A DNA stretch of 61,972 bases, the filler included, from Platydemus manokwari (Eukaryota), in NCBI GenBank assembly GCA_037951405.1. It is 5 parts of 5 records of this genome, joined end to end, with 100 filler letters (N's around TTAATTAATTAA, not from the genome) between each part and the next. Parts side by side here need not be neighbours in the genome. Positions count along the whole stretch, not along the records: positions 1 to 16,654 come from JBBMOY011155882.1; positions 16,755 to 26,552 come from JBBMOY011203432.1; positions 26,653 to 36,773 come from JBBMOY011166546.1; 2 more parts are not named here. One strand, written 5' to 3'. The notes beneath the pieces are model-generated. The model saw only the letters and a program-made list of their open reading frames with translations, was not told the origin of the DNA and searched no databases. Numbering within the stretch: position 1 is the first letter of the stretch; each line of letters starts with the position of its first letter. This document shows, one piece after another, positions 14,911-28,429 of this stretch. Made by a program: the position numbers and the translations under genes.

Positions 14911-15407
14911 TGCAAGTTACTACTATTTGACTCACGTTTTGAAATAAATGAAAAGTCACGACATCAAATTATATTTTGATTGCAATCATTGAAACAAATT
15001 TAGTTTTATAAGAATATGATTTTCAAATTTTAGTTTATCATAAATCCTCACATTTTCCTTTCTTTAAAATCTTTGATTTGCTCTTATTTCTTAACTATTC
15101 CTCTCGTTTATATTTTCTTTATATATATCTTCTTTATATCTGCACTTTTTCTTATCTATATCTTCCTTGCGTCTTTTCATATCTTCCTTCTTTAATTCTA
15201 TATTTCTATACAATAAAAATTCTCAGAATCGAATCCTAACCCATGGTTGCCAAGGAAGTTGTTACTATTAGACTCACGCTCTAGAATCTAGCTGAAAGGT
15301 CACGTCATCAAAATATATTTTAATCACAATCATTCAAATAAATAAAAATTCTATAAAAATCTGATTGAAAAATTGATCAAATTTCCGTTTTATTATAAAT
15401 CCTCACA
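14911..15407 (-). mobile_element. TRIM-like miniature LTR retroelement, copy 1
   Basis: Direct repeats 14911-15052 and 15253-15407, both ending aaatcctcaca. On the minus strand the 5' LTR is followed by TGGCAACCATGG...GGATTCGA (PBS-like) and the 3' LTR is preceded by aaagaaaggaaaa (PPT-like). The ~200-nt core is non-coding. Confidence 0.7.
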
Positions 15408-16654
15408 CTACTAAAATATCATCTGGAAATTCTTTAAAAATTTATGAAGCGTATTTTTCAAGAAATTTATACTCTTCAAATTGGTTTATCTAATCATCAC
15501 GATGCCTTGTATATCATTTGAAAATCAATACAACCGAATGTAATGAATTGTCGACATTTTTTTTTAAATATTTATGTACGAGTGGTTTGAAAAACAACTT
15601 GTGCTTATATTTCTAACGATTCTTGATTAGAATTTCAAAGTACTCTTCCTTCAAATTTGACAAATGAATAAAGCAGTTATTGTCATTTCATCGTTTCATA
15701 ACTGATTTTACTAATCCGACAGATTTACTGAATTTTCTTTTAATCATGGTATTGATTTCCCAAACAAATTTCCTATCATTTGTAGTATTCCGATAAATTT
15801 CCTTCTTCAGTAAATAATTTTCCAATTTTACTTGAATATTAGGAAACAACATTATTAGCTTTATCTTCATCGACATCTGGTTTTTTCACTGTTAACCAAT
15901 AATAATTATAATGATTATTAAAACAAAATACATTTTTCAAATTAATTCAATATATTACCATGTTTTCATCAAATTTAATGAAATCTCATCAAAAAGTGCA
16001 CATTTTTATTGTTTTTTAAACGAAAGATTACCTTAATTTGCACAGCAATTTGACTTTCATTGGTTAAAAATGACTGAAAAATACGTTCACCGCTTTTATA
16101 TTTTTCAATATTATATTCACTTATTATTGGAGAATCAAGTTCAACACTAGTTAAACGAAAACTCTAAAATATTATATTGTTTCGAAACAATTATCGAATA
16201 AGATTTAGAAGCTTTTGTATTAATTTGATATTTGAAAAATGATTCGACTCATTGATTGCGACTCTGCAGTCTTGGTAACAATTTTATTCTCCAACAGGTA
16301 CTCAAATAATAAAAATATATGATTTATAATTTTGCTGAAAAGATATGATTTACTGGATATGGATGACAAACGGGTTCATATGGCAGAACTTTAGAGCAAT
16401 ATAAATGACTGAGATTTGCATAGCATAGGGAAAACTGAAATCCAATGTGTAACAAAATGAAGATTAAAATATTAAAGCTATAATGATAATGATAATGATA
16501 GTGTTAATAATAATACTTGTAATAATGATTAATATTTAATAATAAAATTTTAATGTATTTAATCTTGGGTTATACTGTTATTGGGTGTATAACCTTAAAA
16601 TTTCGATTTGATAAAAGATGTCGCTGGGAGTATTGCTTGCATATAATGTCGTAT

Positions 16655-16754
16655 NNNNNNNNNNNNNNNNNNNNNNNNNNNNNNNNNNNNNNNNNNNNTT
16701 AATTAATTAANNNNNNNNNNNNNNNNNNNNNNNNNNNNNNNNNNNNNNNNNNNN
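16655..16754. other. Assembly gap spacer (44 N + TTAATTAATTAA + 44 N)
   Basis: Identical 100-nt construct seen four times; the 12-mer gives stops in all six frames. Confidence 0.97.
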
Positions 16755-19149
16755 CATATAATGAACGAATAAGCAGGTTTTGTAGTCTACTTTATCAATA
16801 GAATTATTTAAAACTATTTTCTTAATAAAAATTAATAATAAACTATATAAGTATTATGTTTCGTCTCTTTAATAATGCTAATATTTCAATATTAGACAAT
16901 AATAAATAATGAATCTAAAAGCTATGAAAACATTTATGATCTCATTTACATTTAATAATAGATTGACTCTAATTCAAAGATTTTTAATCGGATAAATTAA
17001 TCCCATAAACATTAATAAAAATATTGTAAGAATCTTTCATAAAATAACCACACCTAATTACCTACAATTTTTATCAAACTAATATTCATGTCTTTTCATT
17101 AAAATATCAATTCAACGTCAACAAATTTCATTAAATTTCAACAAATAATAAGTATTTACTTTCGCCATCTTTTATTTCATTTCTTTTTCAGCTGATATGG
17201 AAAATTACTGATTTATTATTGTTAAAATCGATTAATTCAAAAGCGATAACATCTCATTTTAACGCTGCATACAAATTGTTGCGATTTAAACAACATAATT
17301 ATACTATTTAATATAATGAATATAATTAAATATTATAAATTTATACAGGGAAGATTATATGATCAATTTGGCATTAGTAGAGATAAGTTACAGTATATCA
17401 TAATAAAGTAAATTTAACATTGATGTATTAAAGTATATTGAGCACAGAGTAATGAACAACAGTGATAAATCTCTCAATTTCTTAACTACAATAATAAGAG
17501 TTTCAAATGAAGCTTGTTGTTGAACTATAGATATTAAAATCTATGAAACCATTATAAATAAATCTTATTCAAGAAAAGAATATTAAAATCTTTATAGACA
17601 ACGTAATTTTGGAAATTTAATTGAATGTTTGAACCCATATTGTATAATAAAAAACATTTATTTAACTGAACTATTAAAATTAATCATATTTTAAATTAAA
17701 TTATAATTATATATTGAATTTAAATTTATGAGAAATATATAATGAAAAACACACGATGATGAGCAGCTTTGTAAATGGCAGAGAATATATGAAACAAAAT
17801 ATGCTACACTGAAGTGGATATTGAATTTAATGAAAGACGATGTAAATATGCATCATTATAATTTATTCTGAACATTTATTATTTGGAAATTGTTGAGATC
17901 TATTATAAATTAAAACCAAAGTTCCGCAAACACTTGATTATTAATACCAGTGACCATATATTTGTGGCATATGTTAACAACAATTACCTGACAATGCCTG
18001 ATTATAAATGGTAAAGCATGTTATTGATAACCAATTATAAACCACGTTATTTATTAATGTTTATAATGTTTACTTCCTTAAATTCTAAATAACTAAATTA
18101 TATTTAAAAATAAAAGTAAAATAATCTAAATAATTTAATTAAACCTTTCTCGCTGTATAAATTCCATAATTTCGGTATTTTTTACTAGCAGCAAATAATG
18201 TGTTTAGAATTTTCAATATCATTCAAATTCTTGATTATTTATGTATGATATACAAGATATTATGTAACAAAATTACCATTAAAACATATTCTCCATCCGC
18301 AAACAGGCAAATAGTAATTAGGTTAAATAAAGATGACCTGAGTTGGAATACATTAAACAATACATTTTAAATTCGAGTTCATGAGTAAACTGATGAGTAT
18401 CACGATGCACGTATATCGATTGATTGTCTCTTGAAATGGTGGATTTTTCGATCGGAAAATTCTCATAATTTTTGCACTTCATATTACTTAAAAGTATTTT
18501 AGAACTCAAATCCACAGGACATTACTTAAATATATGTGTAATTAGATATAAAATACCACCCACGCACCAAAAACGACAAATATGCTTTTGTCTCAGCAAA
18601 AATTACAGGAATTATAATAGTGAAATTTAATCCCGTGAAATCAATTCAAGTAACACATGGAATTGTTCCAGTTCCATTTAATTAGTGGCACCTAATTTTA
18701 GATTTCTAAATTATACCGTTAATATTTATTCTTTGCTGTTCTATTAAAACAATAATCAAATTATAATCCTAATAAACGATTTGTCACTGGTTGTCACTTC
18801 AGTAATGTCTAAACAATTCAATTACTGCTGTGATGTCACTTGAAATTAAAATTAAAATTTTATATATGAAATACAAAAAACAAAAAAACTAATATTTATT
18901 AATAAATATTGGATAAGTGGTTAGCCAGGTATCACGTGACTTATAATTATACATTTTGTCTTTCGATTGACTCTAATATCACATTAGCTTCTTTACATGG
19001 TCTCGTCCAGTTTACATTGTTACGTCCGGTAAATTGTCATCGTCCTATGAGTCGTAGTCTATTTGTATTCACTCGTCATTGTTCATTATCACTGGTTGGT
19101 GGTTCTCTGCATTCTTTTGTTCCGTGTGGAATTGCCCTTGGAGGAACGA

Positions 19150-19660
19150 TGCATTAGTGTTTGAATTAATACAATTCATCGCAATTTTATTGATAATTTG
19201 CTGCGTCATCCGAGTTTTCTAAAGATTATATCATTTGAATTCATTCATGTTCCGAGAGCTGTGTATTTTGGCCTATTCTATTTGAAATCATTTCGAAGAT
19301 TGGCATACTTTTATAGATTTTTCTTATTGGTCTCTTATTTCAGTCTCGGCTTGACCATGGGGAATTTCACATCGATCAGCATAATTGCTGATTATTTTTT
19401 CGTTGATCATCTGCAGATCGATTCGAAGATTAAAATCAGAGAACTAGCACTTCTTACAGATATATATTTTGTATTCAATGTTATTGACTGCCCAATTTAC
19501 TGCTATGTTCATAATTTGGTTATGCCAAAACAACTTGTAGGAGTTTGACGATTTACAAATAGTGAATATATGTGCTTGCGATTCTGTTGAATAGAGTCAT
19601 TTGCTGTAGGCAATTGCGTTTACAATTTAGCAAGTTATTTCGAATAATTTCCATTTGATT
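19150..19660 (-). mobile_element. NeSL/R2-type non-LTR retrotransposon 3' fragment (CCHC + restriction-like endonuclease)
   Basis: Minus strand, across frameshifts: CKRNC...ESQAHIFTIC...WHNQI...LRIDLQMINEK...IMLIDVKFP...KYANL...ALGT...NDIIFRKLG. This is the CCHC / RHN / PD..D / KY / GALG.W pattern of RLE domains. Confidence 0.7.
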
Positions 19661-20127
19661 TCATAAAACAAAAGAAAAGTTAAAAATATTACAATGCTGA
19701 TTAAAACAATGGAATTTGAAAATGGACGAAAACTTTACAAAAACAAACCAACTTTTATTTATTGTCTGGACCCAATAGTCAATAGTGCTGATTCGACTGT
19801 AACTAATAATTCTACGACAGCTCCGATTTTACTGTCCTGCTTTTGGTTTTAGTTTAGAATTAGAATTATATATAGATAGTATCAATCTTAATGAAGCATA
19901 GTTATAACAACCATTCCCACTTTATCGTACATCTCACAAAAAATATTTTGTACTTTATCAACGCATATATATATTAGAAGTAAAAGATTAAATTCAGATT
20001 TTTATTTGTTAAAAATACAGCAAATTTTTTCACACACCAAAAAATAAAATAAATAAATTCTAATCTTGTATTTTTAAAATTCAATGAATTAAAGCATTCT
20101 GATAAATGAAAATGTGGAATTGTTTTA

Positions 20128-20621
20128 TCATTCAAATAAATATGTAATTAAAAGAATCAATAGAGATTGTAATATCATTGTACAAGCTGGTCCTGTCCAT
20201 AAGAAGGGATGATTTTTCGGCCTTTTATATATACAAACAACCACCAAGCAAGCTCCTGAATAAAAATAATGATAAATACTTGCTTTATATAAATAAAAAT
20301 AACCAGAACCTGTTAGTATCAATAGAATTGTTGATAATGTTTTCAAGAAAGCATTATGTCTCAATGTTTCCACGAAATTTGTTAGGAATTCGAAAAGCAC
20401 CACAATTATCAATGAGAATATAGCTACTGATAATAAATACGTGAATGCAATATCTCTCGGAACACCTTAATCATATTTGATAGGAAACTGGAAAATCTAT
20501 GTCATAAATTATTACTAGATTTCGGCTGCTCTTGACTGTCTTGAATGAGAGCGACAATACTAAAACTCAAAGCAATGCAGAATACAGATGTAAGAATTCG
20601 TTTAGTAATGATTGAAACCAT
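20128..20621 (-). CDS. Small four-TM protein, paralog C (129 aa, 3 exons)
   Basis: Exons 20621-20516, 20465-20310, 20255-20128 with GT-AG introns, both phase 1. Open frame MVSIITKRILTSVFCIALSFSIVALIQ...LLILLITYLFE with four hydrophobic segments. Confidence 0.75.
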
Positions 20622-23366
20622 AGTAGTTATTTAGAAATGGGTGAATTTATTACATATTTATTTCTTTTTAACGTTTTGTTGTTTGTTTTATAATCAATTT
20701 TATTGGCTGATTGGTTAATACGTCAACCGTATATCGATCAATCAGTAAGGTATTTTGCAAAAAAAGGTATATATTATTGATTGGAAAATAAACTTAACAA
20801 TTGTTCGCATTAATTTATTTATAAATACTAAATGATTCATTATGAAAACCAATCAAATTAAAGGAGTTTTAACAGAGTAACTCCAGAGTGATCTGTTATA
20901 CATGACATTGAAACCAATGCGAATTTTTGAAAATTTATAATTATTTCTAATTTATTTGATGTTAGACAAAGTCATTATAAATTTCTTCAATGGTCGTTAT
21001 ATCATAAATATAAATCTTATAATAAAACTGTATAACATGTTTCAACTCCCAGATTATCGGTTCTAGAGTTAAATTATTAGACACAATTCCGGTAAAACTA
21101 ATCGTGATTAATAATAACAAACTGATCATAATTGCAGCGGTTTATTTTAACTATATTTCGAATTTGATTTAACGTATAAAATATTTTCAAAGATAACACA
21201 AACTCATTGCGAATCATGCACATGATGAGTAGTTAACACTCATCTGAAGTTGTTGAAGTTATTTCAAATCAATTTTACCAAAGATCAATTAATTATTATA
21301 ACAAAAATTTACCAACTTTAGAATCGGTTATACATTTTAATTCATATAAGAATTTGATTTGAAATTATTATTTTATAAAATTAAAAATTAATTTTTGACT
21401 AAAATCAAGAACTGGAACTGTTAAAGAGTCTGTTTAAATGCAAAATAGAACTTTATCAAAAATAAAATTATAATTATACTTCAATTTCTGATTAAAGTTT
21501 TTAATTAAAATTTAAAATTGTTAGATAAAGCGTCGTCAGTAAAAAATTCATATTAACATAAAATTGACGAATGGGTCCAATATTTCGTTTTAAAATTTTA
21601 ATTAAAAATTATTTTTCCAAGTAAATTTAGCTTGGAAATTTTTTTGTAGAATTATAAATAATAGTAGTTTATCAATAAAACATTAATAGTCAATCGATAA
21701 AACTTAAAATTTATCATTAGGATTAATAAGTGCGTGTTGGAAAAAATCATATTTCTAATCCTAACATCCAGTACGAAATAGCAATTTGCGAAACAAAATG
21801 AAAATATTTTGATGTAGAAATGAAATCGATGAAATATTTTTATTGAGCTATTTGACTGCTTTTCAAAACTTATGCAAATATGTAGCTAAATATTGTTACA
21901 TTTTTTCCAAATTTGTCTCTAAAAGCATTAATCTAATCGGTGACTTTTCTAGAATCGTTAATTGAAATTCATATCTTCATATTTCTATTGCAAAGATTTT
22001 ATGGTTCAATCATAGAATCAATGTTCTCCGTCGAGCAACAAAACCATTATAATTATTTCTTTTAATACCATCTCGTTGAATTCTAAAACATGTTAGGATT
22101 TTTTTTGATGAAATCTTTAGTAGTACTTACACATTTTAAAGTTCTATTGGCTGGATTGACGAAAAAAAGACTAAATATATATAATAAAAAAAATCTGTAA
22201 ATAAATTAGAAAAACAATTAAAGAAATGATTTTAAGTTACTGCTTCACTAAATATGAATGGAAAAAAACAATCGTTTTCTAATCAGTGTATTACTTTAAA
22301 CTATAGTAAATACCATTGTTTTTTGGGATCGATGAAATAACTATAAGAGTTAGAGAGAACAAAATACAAATTTAAAAATAAATTTATTATTTATTTTATT
22401 TATATTATTTTATATAATTATAATATAAATTTTTGTAAAACTTGTCTATTTTTAACTTTTTCTGAAACTCACCTTATACCTGCTATATATATATAATTAT
22501 ATAATTATGCTAATAATGAGCAATAACTTGTAAATAATTCAATGTGATTTCAATATTAAACCCAAATATAAGAATACTGTATTGGGAAACATATATTACT
22601 ACTTTAATTAGATTTATGATATTTACTTTCTTAAACATATTTAAAAATCCCATGAAACTTACATCGCGCAAGTCAAATCTTACAGTTTTAATCTTTGAAG
22701 TATTTTTGGAGGCTGAATGGGCCATTAGTATTAGAAAACATCATCACAAAGAGAGAAATTAAACTTATTAGTAAATTAGTTAGATTATTTTGTATATTAA
22801 AAATATCTGGACGAAAATCTTTATGCAAATGGATAAATGAAGAACATACTTTTGAAATCCATTGAAATAATGGGATGCGATAAGTTGGACATTAAAGGGA
22901 TTATAGGAACGATAAAGGGTAGTTATTATCTTAATAATTAATTACCTTAATAATTAATTCTGTTTATAATTAATAATACATCATTTTATTCGACCTTAAC
23001 GAGTATTTATTAATTGATTTAAAATTTATCTCTAAAATGATCAAGTAGTGATTGGTAAGAATAACATTTGTACCAGGAGTTTTTGATTTTTTTTTAATTG
23101 AAAAGTAAAAGTTAATAATTGCTGCAGTACAAAGAAATGGAAGAATTGTTTGAGTTGGTTCAATTTAAAATTTATTACCGCCGGAACTTATGTGTACCGT
23201 GGTTAGATGTGAAATGATTACCATATATTTGAATAACATACAAATTGATACTTATCAGAAAACCAATTTAAAATCACAATTTGAAGTTCTCATAACAAAT
23301 TATATATAGACGGTTTTTGCTTAACGATTAGAAGACATTGTAATTTAAAGATTCAACAGATTTAGC

Positions 23367-23907
23367 CTAATAATTAGCCTGATTGACTGGTGTTTCACTT
23401 GGAGGTTCGTCAACAAAATTCGAATAAGTTGAATGATAAAGTACAAGTGCTTCAATCGTCAAAGTAGTTGCGACAGTATGCCAATTTGCAAAAGTTGAAT
23501 GTTGGAAACTTAATGATAGAACCAAGAAAAAAACTAAAAACAATATTCATTTCATTGAAAATTTAACAATTCATGACTTACTCAGGACAATTAGTAATGC
23601 GTATCTCGAATATTTTAAAACGTTATTATCTTTCAATTGAGAAATTTTATTTTCCAAAACCAAAGACACAATAGCTATAATCATCAATATCAATGAAATA
23701 ATGATAAAAACTCCTGTTGCCGTAGGATAATTGGCTAAAGATATTAATTAAAATCATTGGTATTTAACTAAATAGTTAGATATAAACATATAACTTACTA
23801 AATGTGTAGTCCCATGGAAATTGAATAAGGGAAATAAATACACAAAACAACGCCACACCGAAAACCAATATGACAAAGTTTTCCCAACTTACTGAAATAG
23901 TAAGCAT
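23367..23907 (-). CDS. Small four-TM protein, paralog B (142 aa, 3 exons)
   Basis: Exons 23907-23799, 23734-23582, 23533-23367; gtaagt donors, both introns phase 1. MLTISVSWENFVILVFGVALFCVFISLIQFPW...PVNQANY. Not in the ORF track. Confidence 0.8.
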
Positions 23908-24528
23908 TATTATTAATAACACTTAATTCATTTATTTCACATTATATATTCAACAGTCTCAGTATCGGTCCGAAAGTTCATTAGTCAAGTACGATCATAT
24001 GTAATTCTCTAACGTAAGCACGAATATCAAAACTAAAATAATTTGTAAATATATAATACTGAAACTGTGAATCGAGACTATAAGTCACTACGAAGAGTTC
24101 AGAAAAATAATTAAAATAATTTAAGATAGATAATTGTTTTATTTTATTAGATTATTTAACAAAATTATTTATTTATTTTTAATATTCACTCAAATATTCT
24201 AAACATCCAATTTATATAAACCAGTCCAAAGTTCAATAAATTGCAATTACATAAAATAAAATTTGTTTGTCTTTTACACGAAAACTTATTACAAACAATC
24301 CGAATAAAATTTCAAAAATAGCTAGAATTTTGAAATTTAACATGTAAAGATTTCTTATTTCAATCCAAAAGATGATTTATGATTGACATTAAACATATTA
24401 GTTTTAATAATATTTCCAACAAATCAAGTCGAATTAAGATCCAACTGAACAATAATTTTAAAATATTTATAAGCTTTAATTAGCACACGATTTATTATTT
24501 CAACAATCCATTACGTGAAGCCCGATAA

Positions 24529-25054
24529 TTAGTTCGAAATTTCACGATTATTATCATCATGGTGATTTCGATAAGTTGAAATATAAATTGTCAAGGCGGC
24601 AACAAGCATAATGGTACTGTAAAGATGATATTGACTGAATCCTGAATATCTCAATCTCGATGATATAATCAGTGTTGCTACTAAACAAATAAATTTTAAA
24701 AAATATTTTTAGAACCAATCATTCCATCACTTACACAGGACTGATAGTAATATCTTTTTACCAATTTTGAATATCCTATCATTCTTGAATCGATCTATTT
24801 TCTCTTCTAAAACACAGGCTACAACACCTAAAATCATTAAAATCAACGAAATAATGAGAAAGGCTTCTGCAAGCACAGGGTGATTGGCTAGATATGAATT
24901 AATTTTTTACTAAATATTTGATTTATATTTCAATTAATAACGTACTATATGGTGGTTCCCATCGAAATTTTATAAAAGAAATAAATGCACAAAACAATCC
25001 CAAACTATATACGTAAGTAACAAATCTTTCCCAGCTTATTGAAATAATAAACAT
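24529..25054 (-). CDS. Small four-TM protein, paralog A (137 aa, 3 exons)
   Basis: Exons 25054-24946, 24887-24735, 24680-24529. Exons 1 and 2 have the same lengths as in paralog B (109, 153 nt). MFIISISWERFVTYVYSLGLFCAFISFIKFRW... In-frame upstream ATGs (to 25126) are alternative starts. Confidence 0.8.
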
Positions 25055-25358
25055 AATTATTAATCCAAAAACCATCCACATTGCATAATATATATACATG
25101 TTTTCCTTTGTCAGTTCGAAGTTCATCAAACTACGTTAACCATAATCGTTTGGATTTAAAGATATGTTTACAAATATATCAACTCTACAATCTCTACATT
25201 TAAAGCGATGTAAAATCAAATAGTAAATATTAGTAATCATAACTGAATAAAGACACAAATATTTACTGTAATAAAATTTAAATTAATGAATTTATTAGAT
25301 TATTGTGAGGAAATTTCTATTTTTATTTGCTAATTATAATCTAGAAAATCGTTATATT

Positions 25359-25962
25359 TGTAAGCCACTGGTATTTCATAAATGACACATCGAAAATGAA
25401 CTGAAAAAACATGATACCAAATTATAATTAAATACAATTATTTAAGCAAATTAATTTATTATTATGCAAAAGAAATTAAATTTTATATAAAATCCAATTT
25501 TATACAAAATTAAACCTTTAAACAATTTTAATTAAATTTAAATAAAATCTTTGATTTTCTTGTATTCTTATTGGTTTTGTATCGAATGCTCACATATTTA
25601 ACTACATAATAATCTCTAGTTCTTCTATCTGTGTTATATCTTCTCTAAACCTTCTTTATAACTTCTCTACATCTTCTTTATACATTATCTATGTAGTCTC
25701 AACATCTTTCTCCTTCTGTTCCATTATTTTCAGTAATTGATCTACTCAGAATCGAATCCTGATATGTGGTCGCCTTATAAGTCACTACTATTTTAAAAAC
25801 AACAGATTAAAAACGAACTGAAAAGACAAGTCACCAAATTATATTTAAATACACTTATTTAAGGAAATAAATTTGATTTTATACAGAATTAAAGTTTATA
25901 TGAAATAAAATTTTATGCCAAATTAAATTTTTAATATTTTAATTCAATTTAAAATGCTCACA
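25359..25962 (-). mobile_element. TRIM-like miniature LTR retroelement, copy 2
   Basis: Repeats start tgtaagccact (25359) and tataagtcact (25776); the second ends aaatgctcaca (25962). Shares ctcagaatcgaatcct...tggt.gcc and the CT-rich core with copy 1. The inner end of the left LTR and the PPT appear deleted. Confidence 0.65.
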
Positions 25963-26552
25963 ATATACAAATACTCGAAAATCTTCACACTAACCAAATT
26001 AAGTTAATTTAATACTTCATACAAAGAAAAAATTTCGATATAAATTATTTATTTATATATTTATTCCGGCTTATAAATTAATAATTGAGTTTATTTATGA
26101 ACTTTAACGAATATATTTTTGTTGTCGAAAATAACTTAGACCGATTAATAGATTTTTAATGAAATAAATCCATCGCCGAAAAATAAACTATGTAACACCG
26201 GAACATAAACTTCGTTGCAGGTCATGATGAATCCATGATGAATCACAGATTCAACCCACGTTTAAATTATAAACATCAATAACGTAAAAATGGTATTGTT
26301 GATGTAAAATAATTGTTTACTAAAAAATAATTCGTATTTTACAAAATAACAAATCATAATTGGAAATGCAATGAAACAAAACTGTAAATATTTTAGTACT
26401 AGCTAAATTTATTTTTAATTGAAGTAAAATTGAAAAAAAATATTTGGCGGGTTTTATGAAATTAAATCTCGCCGATAAAAATATTAATAATAATAACTGG
26501 AATAATAATAATTGCAGTAAACGTTGAGGTAAGATAAATAGTAATAATCATT

Positions 26553-26652
26553 NNNNNNNNNNNNNNNNNNNNNNNNNNNNNNNNNNNNNNNNNNNNTTAA
26601 TTAATTAANNNNNNNNNNNNNNNNNNNNNNNNNNNNNNNNNNNNNNNNNNNN
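26553..26652. other. Assembly gap spacer
   Basis: 44 N + TTAATTAATTAA + 44 N. Confidence 0.97.
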
Positions 26653-28429
26653 AGAAATTATTAAAAATTAATAGTAACTAAGTAGTAAAGGTGGAAAACA
26701 CAGAGTCATTAATAAATATAACACAATTCATCCCAAGGAGTGAAGCTCGGGAATTAATATATAAAGAATGACAAAACAGTGTTGTTTGCTATTTCAAGAA
26801 AATTATAAAAAGATAAAAATGATATTTACTGTTTGTACGGCAAGCCTTAATAGCTAATATTTTAGAAGTAGGCATTATATATTATATCGAATAAACTGAA
26901 ATCATTTTGATAATAACCATATTAGGTCTAGTTAAAACAGTCAGAAATTGATTTTGTGCTGCTAGCCAAAGTTTGTATCAGGAAGAAGTCCTAATTTGTG
27001 ATAATTAAATTTTGACAAAATCTTGTTAAAGCGGCTTAACCGTTGCTTCGAACTGCTCATATATTCATTTTTTACAGAACCTACAAAATGTTTTGACTTA
27101 GTTGACAACCTAAATTAGAAGTTGAGTCAGATTATAAGATAGGAACTGAGTACACTCTGGCTTTAAAGCTTATTTAAATTTTTATGTATTTCACTAGATT
27201 ATGAATCACAAGAAAATCATGAGAATCGTATCCTCAAAAGCTTAGTGGAAAAAGATTAGGAACTAGAATCAGAGCAATTGAGTAGACTTCAAAAAAATAA
27301 ACAATAAAGTCAATCTAAATCACGATCCCTAAAATTCAAATTCTAAACATCGAAGCCGAATATACAATTCCGATTCTAATTCGAAAAAGCAATCATGTGA
27401 TTTCGTGACAATATTTTTGCTAATAATTCAATAAAATTTTCTGACAATATTTGTGATTTTATGATTAACATTGATTCATATTTCTTCGATTAATTTGATT
27501 TTCATGTTTTTATTGTAATTTCACAAAATATATTTATAGTATTTATATTAGACAAAATTTTAATAATAATAATGGACTTTAAAGTTAGATAATATATAAA
27601 ACAAATACAATATATGAATAATCTACGTTAAAAATATAAAATTACGTGAATAAAAATCATCAAAAATTATGATTATGGCTGAAATTTTGCTGCAAATATA
27701 AAGCGCAGTAAAGCTTATTATTATGAAATGGGTAATGAATAATAGGAAGCTAATAAATAACTATCTAGCAGATTCATCTCTTTAGGATCTATATTAATTT
27801 ATATTTAAAAATTTACATTTTTGAATTATCCGAAAACAATACTTGTACTTGCGACTCTACAAGTTAACACTATCTAATATTTTGAAAAATTAAATTTGAT
27901 CGGGATAAAGTTGGTGTGCAAAATTGTAAATGTTTATATTCATAGGTAAAGATTGTCATTTAAATTGTGTTTTATAATTTGTGAAGGTAAAAGGTTACTT
28001 ACACATTCATTCTTACATAACTCAAGCTGGTGAGTTTGACAATAGCACTAATCAACACAAACCCAACATCAAATAGAACCATCATTAGCTCAGAAAACCA
28101 GTATCATTAATAACCAAATTAACCCCACATGGCAATGCATATTTGGATGTGAATAACCTAACAGGTAAGTTTAGTGGGTCTTTAAATTAACTGCTTTTAA
28201 TATAGAAAAAATATACGCATAAATACTTTTAATAAACTTCACATATTCAAAAGCACTAAATAACGTATCAATATTTTACAGTTATTTAAATAAAAATGAC
28301 GTAAGATCCGAGTATACCAACTATTCGAAAGTCTAAAGTTAATTGATATAAGCTTTATGATATTATATGTATTTCTAAAACAAGTAATTCACTCAGCTTT
28401 CGTGTAAACTTCAACAATTTGAACTACTT

